Part shown: positions 59,384 through 59,709 of the stretch, one piece after another
Layout of the letters: every line of letters begins with the position of its first letter
How positions within the stretch are numbered: position 1 is the first letter of the stretch
From: an uncultured archaeon
GTDB lineage: Archaea > Asgardarchaeota > Lokiarchaeia > Sigyniarchaeales > SOKP01
Direction: 5' to 3'
DNA length: 59,709 nt
Assembly: GCA_964632315.1 (NCBI GenBank)
Contig: CAZWEM010000003.1
Coordinates: forward strand, 14,014-73,722
The notes under the pieces: model-generated
Database searches by the model: none
Told to the model about the DNA's origin: nothing
What the model saw: only the letters and a program-made list of their open reading frames with translations
Translations under genes and position numbers: made by a program

Positions 59384-59709
59384 ATGGGAAGAAAACTAAA
59401 TTTTGTCACAATATTCTTATTGGTACTTGGAGGAGCTGCCATTCCAGGTGGCTTTATACTAAATAATTACATTGATAATTTATTATATGAAAATGTTGAT
59501 ACTGGTCTTTCAGGAATCGAAGATGAATTCATTCCTACTGCGGAACAGATGATCTTAGATATGGGTCCTGCTATTGCACTTCCAATGATTGAAAACCAAT
59601 CAATACCAATCATAGAAGAAATGATTCGAAAATTAGGACCAGCAATCGCACTTGATTTGATCCAGCAAACATCTCTTCCAATAATAGAAAACATGATTCA
59701 AGAAATTGG
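59384..59709 (+). CDS. Membrane-anchored protein with 24-aa tandem repeats (runs off window; not in ORF track)
   Basis: MGRKLNFVTIFLLVLGGAAIPGG..., then IEDEFIPTAEQMILDMGPAIALPM / IENQSIPIIEEMIRKLGPAIALDL / IQQTSLPIIENMIQEI. Confidence 0.8.
   Translation, partial: MGRKLNFVTIFLLVLGGAAIPGGFILNNYIDNLLYENVDTGLSGIEDEFIPTAEQMILDMGPAIALPMIENQSIPIIEEMIRKLGPAIALDLIQQTSLPIIENMIQEI

Noticed and set aside
59467-59694. 75-aa minus-strand ORF
   Set aside because: It is antisense to the repeat-containing plus-strand gene starting at 59384.
1-59709. CRISPR array, rRNA, transposase/integrase, provirus
   Set aside because: No regularly spaced repeats, rRNA-like segments or mobile-element hallmark genes were seen. 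The remaining short overlapping antisense ORFs in the track are treated as non-coding shadows.

Overview
AT-rich archaeal chromosomal segment, most likely from an Asgard archaeon of the Lokiarchaeia type. This is inferred from ribosomal protein S30e, a GPN-loop GTPase, intron-containing tRNAs, Rab-like small GTPases, and longin-, MIT- and V4R-like proteins. It holds about 55 CDSs and two tRNAs (Tyr-GTA, Trp-CCA), each apparently carrying two introns (37/38 and 59/60). No CRISPR array, rRNA or transposase was seen. Highlights: (1) a PEP-synthase-like dikinase split into stand-alone ATP-binding and His-swivel genes, divergent from an operon of unknown protein + beta-barrel protein + acyl-CoA ligase; (2) a candidate ~170-nt structured ncRNA with TATA box, G-U-containing terminal stem and pyrimidine tail at 10150-10321; (3) four genes whose N-termini can only be translated from ATT/ATA starts; (4) three degenerate Rab-like pseudo-GTPases, one fused to a probable HTH behind a tandem CGTCC-N11-GGACG operator and one with a possible -1 frameshift; (5) an orphan glycyl-radical enzyme with GCVD; (6) eukaryote-like proteins (XYLB-type xylulokinase, IFT52/GIFT-like, MIT, longin); (7) M23-like exported proteins, a corrinoid methyltransferase cluster, a tandem duplication with a pseudogene scar, and several small genes missed by the ORF track. 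All family assignments come from motif recognition by eye, not database searches.
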